DNA of 64,000 nucleotides. It comes from Mobula hypostoma (Eukaryota). The position numbers and the translations under genes are program-made. The notes below the pieces were generated by a model, which did not search any database, was not told the origin of the DNA, and worked only from the letters and a program-made list of their open reading frames with translations. This document shows positions 24,340 through 36,870 of the stretch, piece after piece; position 1 is the stretch's first letter, and each line of letters begins with the position of its first letter. The stretch is taken from the NCBI RefSeq assembly GCF_963921235.1, contig NC_086097.1:85004001-85068000 (forward strand). Reading direction: 5' to 3'.

Positions 24340-25599
24340 ACTGAAAGAAGAGGTAGTAAGAGACTTGAAAGTGGGAGGGGGAGGGGGAGATCCGAAATGC
24401 TAGGAGAAGACAAGAGGGGGAGGGGTGGAGCCAAGAGCTGGACAGGTGATTGGCAAAAGGGATACAAGGCTGGAAAAGGAAAAGGATCATGGGATGGGAG
24501 GCTTATGGTGAAAGAAAGGGGGAGGGGGGAAGCCCAGAGGATGGGCAAGGAGTTATAGTGACAGGGACAGAGGGAGAAAAAAGAGCGAGAAAAAAAAATA
24601 ATAAATAACGCATGGAGTACAAAGGGGAGGTGGGGCATTAACAGAAGTTAGAGAAGTCAATGTTCATGCCATCAGGTTGGAGGCTACCCAGACGGAATAT
24701 AAGGTGTTGTTCCTCCAAACTGAGTGTGGCTTCATCTTGACAGTACACCTCCAACGGGATCCCACCACTAAGCACATCTTTCCCTCTCCCCGCCTTTCTG
24801 CTTTCTGCAGGGATCGCTCCCTACTCGACTCCCTTGTCAATTCGTCCCCCCCATCCCTTCCCACCGATTTCCCTCCCGGCACTTATCCTTGTAAGCAGAA
24901 CAAACGCTATACATGCCATTACACTTCCTCCCTTACCACCATTCAGGGCCCCAGACAGTCCTTCCAGGTGAGGCGACACATCACTTGTGAGTCGGCTGGG
25001 GTGATGTACTGCGTCCGGTTCTCCCGATGCGGCCTTCTGTGTATTGGTGAGACCCGACGCAGGCTGAGAGACCGTTTCGCTGAACACCTACACTCTGTCC
25101 ACTAGAAAAAGCAGGATCTCCCAGTGGCCACACATTTTAATTCCACGTCCCATTCCCATTGTGATATGTCTATCCACGGCCTCCTCTACTGTCAAGATGA
25201 AGCCACACTCAGGTTGGAGGAACAACACCTTATATTCCATCTGGGTAGCCTCCAACCTGATGGCATGAACATCGACTTCTCTAACTTCTGTTAATGCCCC
25301 ACTTCCCCTTCATACCCCATCTGTTATTTATTATTATTATTATTTTTTTCTCTCTCTGTTTTTTCCCTCTGTCCCTCGCACTATAATTCCTTGCCCATCC
25401 TCTGGGCTCCCCCCCTCCCCCTTTCTTTCTCCCTAGGCCTTCCGTCCCATGATCCTCTCCCTTCTCCCGCCTCATATCCATTTTGCTAATCAACTGTCCA
25501 GCTCTTGGCTTCATCCCTCCCCCTCCTGTCTTCTCCTATCATTTTGGATCTCCCCCTCCCCCTCTACCTTTCAAATCTCTTACTATCTCTTCTTTCAGT

Positions 25600-25637
25600 T
25601 AGTCCTGATGAAGGGTCTCGGCCTGAAATGTCAACTG
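25600..25637 (+). ncRNA. Minimal type I hammerhead ribozyme motif, CpG-decayed
   Basis: tagtc CTGATGA A GGGTctcgGCCT GAAATGTC aactg. Confidence 0.7.
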
Positions 25638-26349
25638 TACCTCTTCTATAGATGCTGCCTGGCCTGCTGCATTCACCAGCATTTTTTATGTGTGACGCCG
25701 TGATTAGGCTAGGATTGAACCGAGGGCTGCTGGGTGGAATAGCAGAAAGGGGCTATTCTGCGCTGTATGTCAATAAACAAATAAATTAGTAATTTTGCTT
25801 TAAGTGGGATCAAACTCAAGGCAAGATGAGCATCTATAACCCTTAATTATGTTACCAAACCGAATGTTGTAAGTGCGCTAGAAGTATGGATTTTCATTAA
25901 GTTATTTCTTAGTAACATATTTCAGTAGCGAGTCACCTACAGAAGGACAGCTTGTAATATCAGGAGACAGCCACTGATTTTTGCACTGGAAATTAGGTTT
26001 GAATTCACTTTGGCCCTTGGTACTGATGAACTCGTTGATATGCCTTGGCTGACACATGATGAATGAGAAACCTTGTTCAAGGTCCTGGAAGGCAGTTTCG
26101 GTTTCTGAAGGCAAATGAGCAAACTTCACAACTCTCGGGGGGGGGGGAGAAAAAGGGGAAAGTAGGGGAAGGAGGAAGCAAACACATTAAGTTTCATCCA
26201 TTGTGTTCAGCAAGAACAAAGACGAGGGGAATTTGCGTTCCATTAACACTCTCCATTCAAGAGGAGAGTTTGAACTCTACATGTACGTATGTTTTATCTA
26301 TCTATTCCCATTCATTTAGTGGGTACATTTTGGGATGGACAGAGGGAGA

Positions 26350-26445
26350 TTCCCTGAAGAAGGATCTCGGCCCGAAACGTCAACTATTTATTAATGTCCA
26401 TAGACACTGCCTGACCTGCTGAGTTCCTCCACATTTTGTTTGTGT
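26350..26445 (+). mobile_element. Penelope terminal remnant with hammerhead core
   Basis: ctgaagaaggatctcggcccgaaacgtcaact...tgcctgacctgctgagttcctcca. Confidence 0.7.
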
Positions 26446-26599
26446 CCTTGTGTCGTTGTCAGCCATACCCAGACCCTGAAAATGAATGACAAAGAACACT
26501 GTCACTTCTATACAATCCTGAACAAGTAGTTTGGGGGGGGGGTGGGGTTTAACACAGATGTCTGTGCAATGGCAGGAGGTCCTTAAACTATGGAGGTGT

Positions 26600-27500
26600 T
26601 GCAGTGGCTTCATTGCATTCCTCAGCACATAGTCCTGGGCCTAGAGTGTGTTGGGTTGTAGTACTCAGTCCCTGACAACACCTTGCCCTGGAATATTGAT
26701 GAGTTTTGGGCATACCTGAGGTGGTTCTTCAGCAGCAGTTGATGCTTGCCTCAGTGTTCACCTGTGGGAACAGCCATACGGTATGGAGTCCTTTGCAGCT
26801 TCTAGTGATGGACCTCAAACAGTTTCCTTGTATTTTTTCCAGACCTTCCAGTGAAAGGTACATTCTGGAAGGTGATGAGGAATAGTCTTATTCCCAGTGC
26901 AGTGCCCACAGGGGCTGCATGCAGAGGGCTTTTCTCACCGACAGCCGAGTAGTTTGTTGGCGCTCACTTGCTGATGAGGCTTTTGGCCTAAATAATGTTG
27001 ATTATCAGGTATCCGAAGTAAATGATGTTAACAGTCTGCTTGGGACACCATCCCTCCAGCAGGCTTTCTCCGAATTTCATGCAGAAGACCTGGGGCGGCC
27101 GGTAATGTTGTGGTTAGCACAACGCTTTACAGTACCAGGGATGCGGGTTCAATTCCCGCCGCTGCCTGTAGGAGTTTGTACGTTCTCCCCGTGACCATGT
27201 GAGGTTCCTCCAGGTGCTTCGGTTTCCTCCACAGACGTGCAGGTTGGTAGGATAATTGGTCCCAGGGTTGGGTCTGGATTAAATTGGGAGATTACTGGGC
27301 GGTGTGTCTTGAAGGGCCGGAAAGGCACTGTATCTCAATAAATAAACAAACAAACATTGCACGACTGATGTTGAGATTAGAAGTGCTCTCTAGATAAAGT
27401 GCTTGACGTGAACCGGGAGATAAAGCGCAGTCCAACCAAAGCTAGCAGTACTTGTTCCAAATATGCTCACTTGTAGATGAGACGGAGTTTGGTTAAGGGA
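26600..27500 (-). mobile_element. Highly decayed Tx1-type LINE remnant, interrupted by a V-SINE
   Basis: Minus-strand PKQTVNII and ASSASERQQTTRLSVRKAL resemble the Tx1 motif P.QTV..IW.NASS...QD.AWL.VR.ALP. Confidence 0.4.
27095..27355 (+). mobile_element. V-SINE (HE1-like)
   Basis: gtggttagcacaacgctttacagtacc...gggttcaattccc...ggagtttgtacgttctccccgtgacc; aataaataaacaaacaaac tail. Confidence 0.85.
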
Positions 27501-28404
27501 TAGGCATTTGGATATTATTGAAGGGGTGGAGGCCTCTGATTTAACTCTGGTCAACCAGCAAGGAAGAGGGAAAGCCATCTGGAAAAAGAGCAGTGGCTGT
27601 GTAACATTGCTTTCACTTCGGGAGCACATTCTGCCCGTTTCAAAAAGTCCAAAATTGTGCAAAAATAACATTCACAATATTTTTGGAAAAAACCCAAAAG
27701 GAAGTGACAGTGCCCTCAAATCTGTACAAGTGAGATGTTGAAGCTTGTAGTGACTCACCTCGTTAGGATCGTCATTTCCTTCCTGAGACTTGCCTACCAG
27801 GTCAATGGGACTAGGTGGGTTTGGCATGGACTAGATGGGCCAAAGGGCCTGTTTCTGTGCTGTAGTGTTCTATGACTCTAGTTGCAGAATTACCAGCAAA
27901 GTGAAGCACACATTGTTAACATGAACTTAATTGCTCCACAAAAACAACTACTTATCAAAATCCATTAACACAGCAGCGAATGTCAGGATGTTCAGCCCCA
28001 TTATCACCTTCATCATTAAAACTAAGTGCTGTCAGTGAAACGCGCTTGGAAGAAGGGCAAGGCTGAGTATATTGTTTCATTGGTGTCATTCATGTGTTAG
28101 TGGTAGTCCTCTGATCTCTGTGTCTAAGCATGTGGGTTCGTACTCATACGAATTCAGAGAGTAGGACACTTACTCCAGCCTGGAGACACAAAACTAAGGT
28201 GCTCTGTGGGAGGAGTCTTGTTTCAAAGGGAACTTAATGTAAGAATGATGAAGGTTCTTGGCCTGAAGTGCTGACTGTTTATTCCTCTCTGTAGATGCTG
28301 CCTGACTGACAGATATCCTCCAGCACTCTGTGTGTCTTCCTTAATGTAAGCATGAATCCCCTTTCTCGGCTTGATGTCAAATGTCGGAGGTTTACTTATA
28401 TAGT

Positions 28405-28690
28405 ATGTATTTACATAGAGATACAGTGGGGAATAGGCCCTTCTGGCCCAACAAGCTACACCATCCAGCAACCCACTTCATTAAACCTCGTGTAATCATA
28501 GGACAAGTTACAGTGACCAATTAACCTACTTACTGTGGTATGTCTTTGGAATGTAGGAAGGGACCGGAGCACCCGGAGGAAACGACGTGGTCACGGGGAG
28601 AACGTACAAACTCCTCACAGACAGCAAAAGAACTTAACTCCAAACTCCGACGCCTCAAGCTACAACAGCATTGCGCTAACCATTCCACTA
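28405..28690 (-). mobile_element. V-SINE (HE1-like)
   Basis: Reverse V-domain accggagcacccggaggaaac...ggtcacggggagaacgtacaaactcc. Confidence 0.85.
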
Positions 28691-29844
28691 ACCAGCCAAC
28701 AACCAACCAATTTCACTGAAAACATGGTCCAACTTGAAAACAGAAAAAGGCTGGAATTATTCAGTAGGTCAGCCTCGTCCGTTGAGAGAGAAACAGAGTT
28801 TCAAGTTTCACATCGAGGAACTATCCACACCAAAAGTTAGTCATTATAACAGTAACCAGAACACAGATTTTACTTTCATGCAATTTTGCACTGTTTTATT
28901 ATTAGGAGTCAGACCATGTATCTACTGTGGACTGCCGACAATGAGTTAAACTATTGGTAAGCTGCAGGTTTTGAATTTAAGGATTCATTGTGAATTACTG
29001 CCAGGCATTAACAGTATCTCCCTGTAATGTAACTTGTTTAATAGAGAACTCTTTAAACCTTGAATCTGACACTATGTTAAATTAGGTCACATTGATTTCT
29101 GTCATTTTGGAACATGCTGAAGTTCTCATTTGTCATTAATGTTTAATGGTACAGTTTGGCCAGATAAGATGGAGCCTGTTACCATGTAGTTCTAAGCAGT
29201 GCAGGTTGGTGAAGCTAAGGAAATGTAAAGGTTTACAGAGGCTGTGCCATTTCCTGGTACAGTATCACATTTTAAGGATTTATTTAAGCCTTGGTCATGC
29301 CCATGAAGCCATAAGGAGAGGATTAGGGACTAACTAGGTAGTGTGCCACTCTGATCTCTGTAAGTAATGACTTGCAACTGAATTTAATAGTCCTTTGTTG
29401 ACATGGCAACTGTAGCACTGAATACCTTAATCTGTGTGGACATTGAAATTCTCTGTATAAATAAAAATGACAAAAGGTGGATCATAGTCTGTCGAGACAT
29501 GCTACTAGAAGTTCTTTCTGTGGACTGTGATATCTTACGGGAATAAACTTTAAAAATGAAACTGCTTTACTCTATCCAACTTTAGCATAGAGATGTTGGG
29601 GTGGATATGGGATTTGCTGGAAATTTTCTGTTGGAGTTTAATCCTTCTCTGCAGCATAGAGCAGAAGGCGAGATGCTCTGTGGGCTATAGGTCTTCACTG
29701 TGCTGCTGTTGGCAAGGTGAAGAGACTGTTGGGTTTGAGTGTAATGCTTTCTACAATTGAATAGTCTGACACTTCTCAATGTTAAAGTGAATGCATTTAT
29801 CAAGCCTGGTTAATCTTGGTGATAATCTGAATAATCTTGGATGC

Positions 29845-30110
29845 CATGGTAGTGTGGTGGTTAGCACAATGCTCTACAGTACCAGCGACATAGGTTCAAA
29901 TCCTGTTGCTGTCTGCAAGGAGTTCGCACGTTCTCCCCGTGACCGCATGTTTCCTCTGGGTGCTCCAGTTTCCTGTCACAGTCCAAAGTCATACCACTTG
30001 GTAGGTTAGTTGGTCATTTTGATTAGGCTAAGGTTAAATCAGGGGTTGCTGGGTGCCATGGCTCGAAGGGCCGAAAGGACCTACTCCACACTGTATCTCA
30101 ATAAATAAAT
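29845..30110 (+). mobile_element. V-SINE (HE1-like)
   Basis: tRNA head, V-domain and gaagggccgaaaggacctactccacactgtatctcaataaataaa tail. Confidence 0.85.
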
Positions 30111-31484
30111 ATGGATCTGCAGTCCAGAAGACACTTGTGAAAGGGTATAGGCAGAGTAAAGGAAGCTTGGCTGTTCACATCTAAGGAGGAAAAAGGCAAA
30201 CGGTCTCGCTTGAAGTTGCCATCAATGTGCTTCTAGTAGGATATGCTGAATTGCAAGGAGAAAGGTACTGGGGCCAAAGTTTTAATTGTTGCCAGCACTA
30301 TGGAAGTCAAAGTATTGGTCACTAGTTTTGGTAACATCTAGATTCTGTATAAAAAACGAACGTAACCAATAGCTAATATCCAATTTATTTACCACTTGCA
30401 ATCAAAGATAATTTTCTTTTACATTTGCCTTAAAACTGACCCCAGTGGAGTATTTCTATCAATATCATGAGCTTTGCTGGGTCAGAGGTTGTGGAAACAA
30501 ACCAGGCAATGAGTATGGAGCACAGAGCTTATACTGCAGTGCATTACTGAGGGAATACCATATTGTTTTCCAAGGTCTTGTCTGTCTCTTTAGATTCGTG
30601 TGAATATTTCATGAGATGTTTTTTGAACAAAAGTTGTCACTTGCTTCTGGCTCAAAGTGATCAAAAGGGAATAATCATTAATCTTGTTTGTTTGGCATTA
30701 GGCTGCACAACAACACTATCAGTACTTCAGGGATAATTCATTGTCCGTGCAACACTGAAATGAAGGTATAATATGTGCTGTATAAATATATATCCAAACT
30801 GTCAAAAGAGGAAACATATCTGGTGCGATTCATATCATAGAACAGTGTCCTGAGGCAATAGATTGAATTTAGAGAGTGCTTGAGCAACACAGACTAAGAA
30901 GGGAGATTTGAATGTTACTCTGGTGATCTACACATCTCCCCAGAAAGGGTAGGAACAGTCGTTGGACTTCAGCCCCTCCTCGTGCTGATGAGAGTGCTGG
31001 TGTGCAGAACGTTAGCAACAGGAGCAGAATTAGAGTCAGGCAATCCATGGGGTCTGCTCCGACTTTCACTAAGATTAGGCCTGACCTGTTCTTGGCCTTT
31101 TCCCTGCTCTCTCCCCCATCCTGTGTCACCCTTGAAATTCAGATTATGTCCCGCTGCTAAATAACACAACAATATGTACAGTGTGTATTTTGCAGCACAC
31201 ACAGTGATAAACTCAACCTCTGCTTGAAGTCAACTCTTTCTACAAAGAATGGGAGAAAATGAACAGGAAACACAAGCTTAATTCATGTCTTTTTCCTTGA
31301 ATATGTACAGATCATCAAATCCTAGATAGAAAGCTTGTGCTGCCTTTTTTGTGGGCCTATTGTTATACAGGTGTTTCTCAATTTAAGGTCATGATTTATG
31401 AATTCTCAGTATGATGCCATTGACTCCTTGGGAGGTGCATCTTTGAGTAATGAATCTGCTTTTTGCTTTAACAAAAAAAAAGGG

Positions 31485-32290
31485 CCAGGATGGTAGCATA
31501 GTGGTTAGCACAATGCTTTACAGTACCAGCAATGCTGGGTTCAATTCCTGCCAGTGTCTGTAAGGAGCTTGTACATTCTCCCCATGATTGCACGGGTTTC
31601 CTCCGGGTGCTCCAGTTTCCTCCCACTGTCCAAAGACATAACGGTTGGTACTAGGGTTGCCAACTGTCCCGTATTTGCCAGGACATCCTGTATATTGAGC
31701 TAAATTGGTTTGTCCCATTCGGGACCGCCCTTGTCCTGTATTTCCCCCGCTAAGGTAGAGCGTTCCTATGAAACCGCTCATAAGCCGAAATGGGGTAAGG
31801 TGAAGAAGCAATTACCATTAATTTATCTGGGAAAAATTTTTGAGCATTCAGACCCAAAGAATAATCTACCAATTCATACCAAGTAACACATAAAACCTAA
31901 AACACCACTAACATATAGTAAAAGCAGGAATGAGATGATAAATACACAGCCTATATAAAGTAGAAATAATGTATGTACAGTGTAGTTTCACTTAACAAAA
32001 TCGGGAAGATTAAGCCAAAACCGATTTGTAGAAAAAAATCGTACACGCATGTGCACACAGGTGCCCGCGCAAGGCTTCATGGTCATGGTAGTCTTTTTCA
32101 GGGTAATCACAAGTGCCCTCTATTTGACTGCTACTTTTGTCCCTTATTGGGATTGAGAAAGTTAGCAACCCTAGTTGGTACGTTAATTGGTCATTGTAAG
32201 TTATCCTGTGATTAGGCTGGCAAAATCAGATTTATTGGGTGGCACAGATTGGAGGGCTGGGAGGGTCTATTCTGCACTGTATCTCAATAA
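31485..32290 (+). mobile_element. V-SINE (HE1-like) split by a hAT MITE
   Basis: Head and V-domain at 31490-31651; resumes gttaattggtcattgtaagttatcctgtgattaggc at 32182. Confidence 0.85.
31652..32173. mobile_element. hAT-superfamily MITE (522 bp, non-autonomous)
   Basis: TIRs TAGGGTTGCCAAC ... GTTAGCAACCCTA. Perfect 8-bp TSD gttggtac at 31644-31651 and 32174-32181. Subterminal tgtccc motifs; no transposase. Confidence 0.93.
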
Positions 32291-32484
32291 GTGATGAAAT
32301 AGGGTGTTACTCTCCACCTGTAGAAATATGCAGTATTGAGAGGCTCATTTTGCTCTTCATTCAGCCTTACCAGTTCATGAATTTTCACTTAACAAAGCGT
32401 TTTCGAGGAGCTTATCCTTCTTGTGATTTGTGGAATGACTGCAGAACCATATGGAAGACTGCGTACAAAAATTCTTTTTGTTTG

Positions 32485-32775
32485 TTTATTTATTAATTAT
32501 TTATTTACTTATTGAGGTATAGCGCGGAATAGGCCCTTCAACCATACCATCCAGCAATCACCTGATTTAATCCTAGCCTAATCACAGGATAATTTACAAT
32601 GAGCAATTAACCTACCAACCAGTACATCTTTGGACTGTGGGAGGAAACTGGAGCACCTGGAGGAAACCCACGCAGTCACGGGGAAAACCTGCAAATTTCT
32701 TACGGGCAGCTGTGGGGATTGAACCCAGGTCACTGGTACTATAAAGCATTGTGCTAATGACCATACTGCCGTGCA
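32485..32775 (-). mobile_element. V-SINE (HE1-like)
   Basis: tctttggactgtgggaggaaactggagcacctggaggaaacccacgcagtcacgggg; (ttta)n tail. Confidence 0.88.
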
Positions 32776-33435
32776 AGATTAACCAGATTCTCACCAAGGT
32801 TTTGTTTGTTTTCCAAGTTTTTAGTCTCAGCATACAATATCCTGCTCCATCCATCCAAAATAGGATTAGATGGGATTGGAACTAAGGGAAGCCCCTGGTT
32901 TTCTTTGCTTAGAATAATATGTTCTCAGAGCAATGTTATTTATGACTTGAAAGATTGAAACAGGGAAGGACCATTTAGTTTGTACCATCATTCAATTAGA
33001 TTGTGACTAATTTACGGTCAATTAATTACCATGGTGATGCCTCAGTCAGCTTCTTTGTACCTACACAATCTGTTGTCTTTGAAGTTCTGAAGAATCATCC
33101 TTCAATCCTTCTACAATCCAGCAAGTATTAACCTAATTTGTTTAATCTTTCCTTGTAATCTATTCCTTGGAGCCCACCTGCTCTATTCACCTTAAACACA
33201 AGATGGTGGGAATGAATACTCAGTAGATCAAGTAGCATCTATAGGAAATAAAAGAGAATTAGTATCTCAGGTTGAAGACCCTGCAACAGTTTGGAAATGT
33301 TACCTCTGTTTACCTTTGCACTGAGGCTGCCCGGCCTGCTGAACATTTCCAGCATTTTCTGGTTTATTCTAGATTCTGCTCTTCAGTTATGAAGGAAAGC
33401 CTTCTAACGCAAATGCTGCACTTCCTGGCCATTGT

Positions 33436-33925
33436 TCAGGACTGTGCAAAAGCCTTAGGCTGCCTACAGTACTATATTTGTCAACATGGAGTGAAGAGAG
33501 AGTTTGTGAATCAGGCAGGAATGGGGGGTGTTGTGAATGGAGAGGGTAGAGTGCCGTGGGAGGGGTGTGGGTCGGGTGGCAGAGAAGGAATGCCAGGGCC
33601 GGGGGGTTTGGGGTTGGTGTGTGTGCCGACCCACCCAGTCCTGAGACACCAGGTAATGTCATCTGATTCCAAGCAATTGGTTTATTTATCATTAAAGAAC
33701 GTCTCTCTTTCCCCTTTTCACAAACATGATTCTCCTCTCCTTGCCCCCCTCCCATTCTCGGTCCACAATGAGATCCATATCAGGATCAGGATGTTCATCA
33801 CTCACATGTCTTGAAATATCCTTTTTTTGTAGCAGCAGTACAGTGCAGTACATAAAATTACTACAATGCTGTACCAAGGTTTTAGGTACTCTAGCTATAT
33901 ACATGTACCTAAGATGTTTGCACAG
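33436..33925. mobile_element. Tc1/mariner-like non-autonomous repeat (ctgtgcaaaag..ttagg termini); related copy at 56734-56950
   Basis: actgtgcaaaagccttagg ... cctaagatgtttgcacag. Shares cagtact.tatttgtcaa...ctgagaca.cagg..a.gtca with 56792-56940. Confidence 0.5.
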
Positions 33926-34265
33926 AATGAGAACCAGGTTTAATATCGCCAGCATATGTCGTGAAATTTGTTAACTTTGCGTCAGCAGTAGAGTGCAATA
34001 CATGATCATTAAAAAATGGTGAATTACAGAAAATATATATATATATGTAATAGTTTTATTAAATAAGTAGTGAAAAAAAACCAGAAACAAAAATGTAGTG
34101 AGGTAGGGTTCATGGGTTCAACTTTCATTCAGAAACCGGATGGCAGAGGGGAAGAAGCTGTTCCTGAATCATTCAGTGTGTGCCTTCAGGCTTCTGTACT
34201 TCCTTCCTCATGGTAACAGTGAGAAGAGGGCATGTCCTGGGTGATGGAGGTACTTAATGGTAGAC
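33925..34265 (-). mobile_element. Rex1-type 3' fragment
   Basis: gatggcagaggggaagaagctgttcctgaatc...ccttcaggcttctgtacttccttcc (reverse of GRRYRSL...FRNSFFPSAIR). Confidence 0.7.
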
Positions 34266-34904
34266 AATACTGTCCAGGAGACTGATGGCCTTCAAAACAA
34301 GATAAACTAACTAAATGAATGTACTGAAGGGTGTAAAATTCACGTGGGTGAAAGAAAATTCACATTACTGAATGTGCAACTGTTCGCAAATGTGTAAAAC
34401 TGAAAGGATAGTTTTGTGAACATTGGCCATTTATAGTATAATCCCTTCACTACAAGACTAATAGCACTGAAACGATTCATGTGTATTGGGCTCATTTCAA
34501 GGTATTTAACCTTCTTCTTTCAAATGTATTTAAACCTGTCAAAATAACTGATGGCACAGTAACTGTGTACTTTTGGCCACCTTACCTTGTAAAGGACTTT
34601 GATGCATTGGACAGGATACAAATCAAACAAGGGTTCTGGCACTTGGGACTGCATGTTGAAAAGATAAATCCCCAGAACTTTATCCATATATGAAGGTAGA
34701 AATGAGCATGCTTTGGATCCTTTGTGTAACCTCAAGAAGGATGGATAATGTAGTTGGAAGGGATAAAAGCAGATTATTTTTATAGACTGTCAATCTCGGA
34801 CCAGAGGACACAAATTAAAATTATTAACCTCCCTTTCCATTAACAGTGACATTTTGCTTCCTTGGGTATGCAGAATGGCTTTCTATACATGAGAGGCATT
34901 TCCC

Positions 34905-35300
34905 ATTCCTGTTTCTCTCTCTCACCATATCTCCTTACCTGCCCAGCACCTCCCTCTGATGCTCCTCCCCCTTCCCATTGTTCCATGGTCTTCTACCCTC
35001 TCCCATCAGACTTTTCCCTCCAATAGCCCTCCACCTCTTTCACCAATCAACTGCCCGGCTGTTTACTTCACCGCTCATCCTCTCCCAGTTTCACCTTTCA
35101 CCTACCACCTAGTACATCGTCCTCCCCCCCCCACCTTCTTACTCTGTCTTCTCAACTTTCTTTCCAGTCCTGACGAAGGGTCTCGGCCTGAACATCAACT
35201 GTTTACTCTTTGCCATAGATGCTGCCTGACCTGCTGAGATCCCCCAGCATTGTGTGTGTGTTGCTTTGGATTTCTAGCATCTGCAGTTTTTCTTGTGTTC
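34905..35300 (+). mobile_element. Penelope-like 3' terminal region with hammerhead motif at 35165-35201
   Basis: Pyrimidine-rich tract, then cagtcctgacgaagggtctcggcctgaacatcaactg...gatgctgcctgacctgctgag. Confidence 0.85.
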
Positions 35301-35909
35301 ATGAGAGACATTTGCTGGGTTAATTGCTTCTGTGATACAGGTCGATAAAGCATCCATTTATGATTAGATTGCTGTATTTAAGGGTAAGTGTACAGATCCA
35401 TAGTCAAATACTGGAAAGAACACAAGTGACCCTTTGACACAAGGGATAAAGAGTTCAGAGATTGCAGCTGGACAGTGTTCAATTGAATAGGTCATGTAAC
35501 ACATCAATAGTTGTGATTACTTGCCTTTGATAGGGGGAGAAAACAATAGTTTTGAGGATTATCTTGCAGGTTCTCTGTATGAGTAATTATTTCCTATCAT
35601 AGATTTATTGGGTTAGAAAGAATAAAAGTTTAGGGCTTGTGGAGGGAAAGGGCTTCTTTGCTTATTCCTGTCTTTACTCTGATCATTTTCATCTATATAC
35701 ATATCTAGTACAATTCCCTCTGGCATTTACATGTAGGCTACGGCGATTAAGACAGAGAAGAATAGACTTCACAAAATTAGCTGTGCAAAATTTCACCTAA
35801 GTTCAGTCTGTCTACCCCTTACCTCTTCTGTATCATGCTGAGGTCGTGTGAAAGATGGACATATACATAATGGATGAAAGTTATGGAAAATTCTCCATAT
35901 GAATAAAAT

Positions 35910-36870
35910 ACACAGCAGCAGAATTAGGCCATTTGGCCCATTGACTCTGCTCTACCTTTCTAACATGGCCGATTTATTATCCCTCTCAACCCCATTCCCC
36001 TGCCTTCTCCCTGTAACCTTTGATGCTCTGACTAACCAAGAACCTATCAACCTCTGGTTTAAATATGCGCGATGATGTGGCCTTCACAGCTGTCCGTGGC
36101 AATGAATTCCACAGGTTCATTGTCCTCTAGGTAAAGAAAGCTCTAATCTTGTTAAGCAGCCTCATGTGTGACACTTTGTCAAAGGCTTTCTGAAAATCCA
36201 AATACGCAACATCCACTTACTCGCCTTTGTCTATCCTGCCTGTTATCTCCTCAAAGAATTCCAACAGATTTGTCAAGCAAGATTTTCCTTTAGGAAACCA
36301 TGCTGACTTTGACCAACTTTATCCTGCACCTCCAGTACCCCAAAACTTCATCATTAATAATGGGACAGCAATATCTTCCCAACCACTGCTCAGGCTAACT
36401 GGCCTTTAATTTCCTTTCTTCTACCTTCCTCCCATCTTAAAGAGTGGGATGGTGTTTGCAATTTCCCAGTCCTACGGAACCATTCCAGACTCTCATGATT
36501 CTTGAAAGATCACCACAATCTTTCCACAATCTCCTCTGCTACCTCTTTTGGAACCCTGGGGTGTAGTCCATCTGTTCCGATGACTTATCAACCTTCAGAC
36601 CTTTCAGTCTCCCAAGCACATTCCCAATTTCTTCCGCCATTTCTTTGTCCCCCAGTACTACCTCTCCAGCACAATTTTCCTGTGGTCCAAAATCCACTCG
36701 CATCTCTCTTTTAATCTTTATGTATCTGAAGAAAACACTTGATATTCTTTGATATTATTGGCTAGCTTACCATCATATCTAATCTTTTCTCCCCTAAGGG
36801 TTTTTTTAGACGCCTTCTGTAGGTTTTTAAAAGCTTCTTAATTGTCAGACTTCCCACTAGTACTTGCCCT
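35910..36870 (-). mobile_element. CR1 LINE remnants
   Basis: Reverse of the CR1 3' end and RT (ttgtcaaaggctttctgaaaatccaaatac = reverse of YLDFQKAFDK). Confidence 0.8.

Larger units (their letters stand above)
24201..25696 (+). mobile_element. Penelope-like element, 5'-truncated, with inverted terminal arm (24201-24745) and GIY-YIG endonuclease remnant
   Basis: 11-bp TSD gccgtgattag at 24190-24200 and 25697-25707. VMYCVRFSRCGLLCIGETRRRLRDRFAEHL (GIY-YIG). 24245-24745 is the reverse complement of about 25187-25695. Confidence 0.92.
23770..25785 (+). mobile_element. V-SINE (HE1-like) split by a solo LTR and a Penelope-like element
   Basis: Head gcatagtggttagcac...ggttcaattcc, V-domain gggtttcctccgggtgctctggtttcctcccacagtcc; resumes gtgattaggctaggattg...caataaacaaataaat. 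Confidence 0.85.

Noticed and set aside
24102..25703. Hydrophobic and Gly/Arg-rich ORFs in the Penelope arms
   Set aside because: They derive from the low-complexity purine/pyrimidine terminal region; only the GIY-YIG remnant is meaningful.
25902..26129. 75-aa minus-strand ORF in unique-looking sequence
   Set aside because: No recognisable domain or convincing splice architecture.
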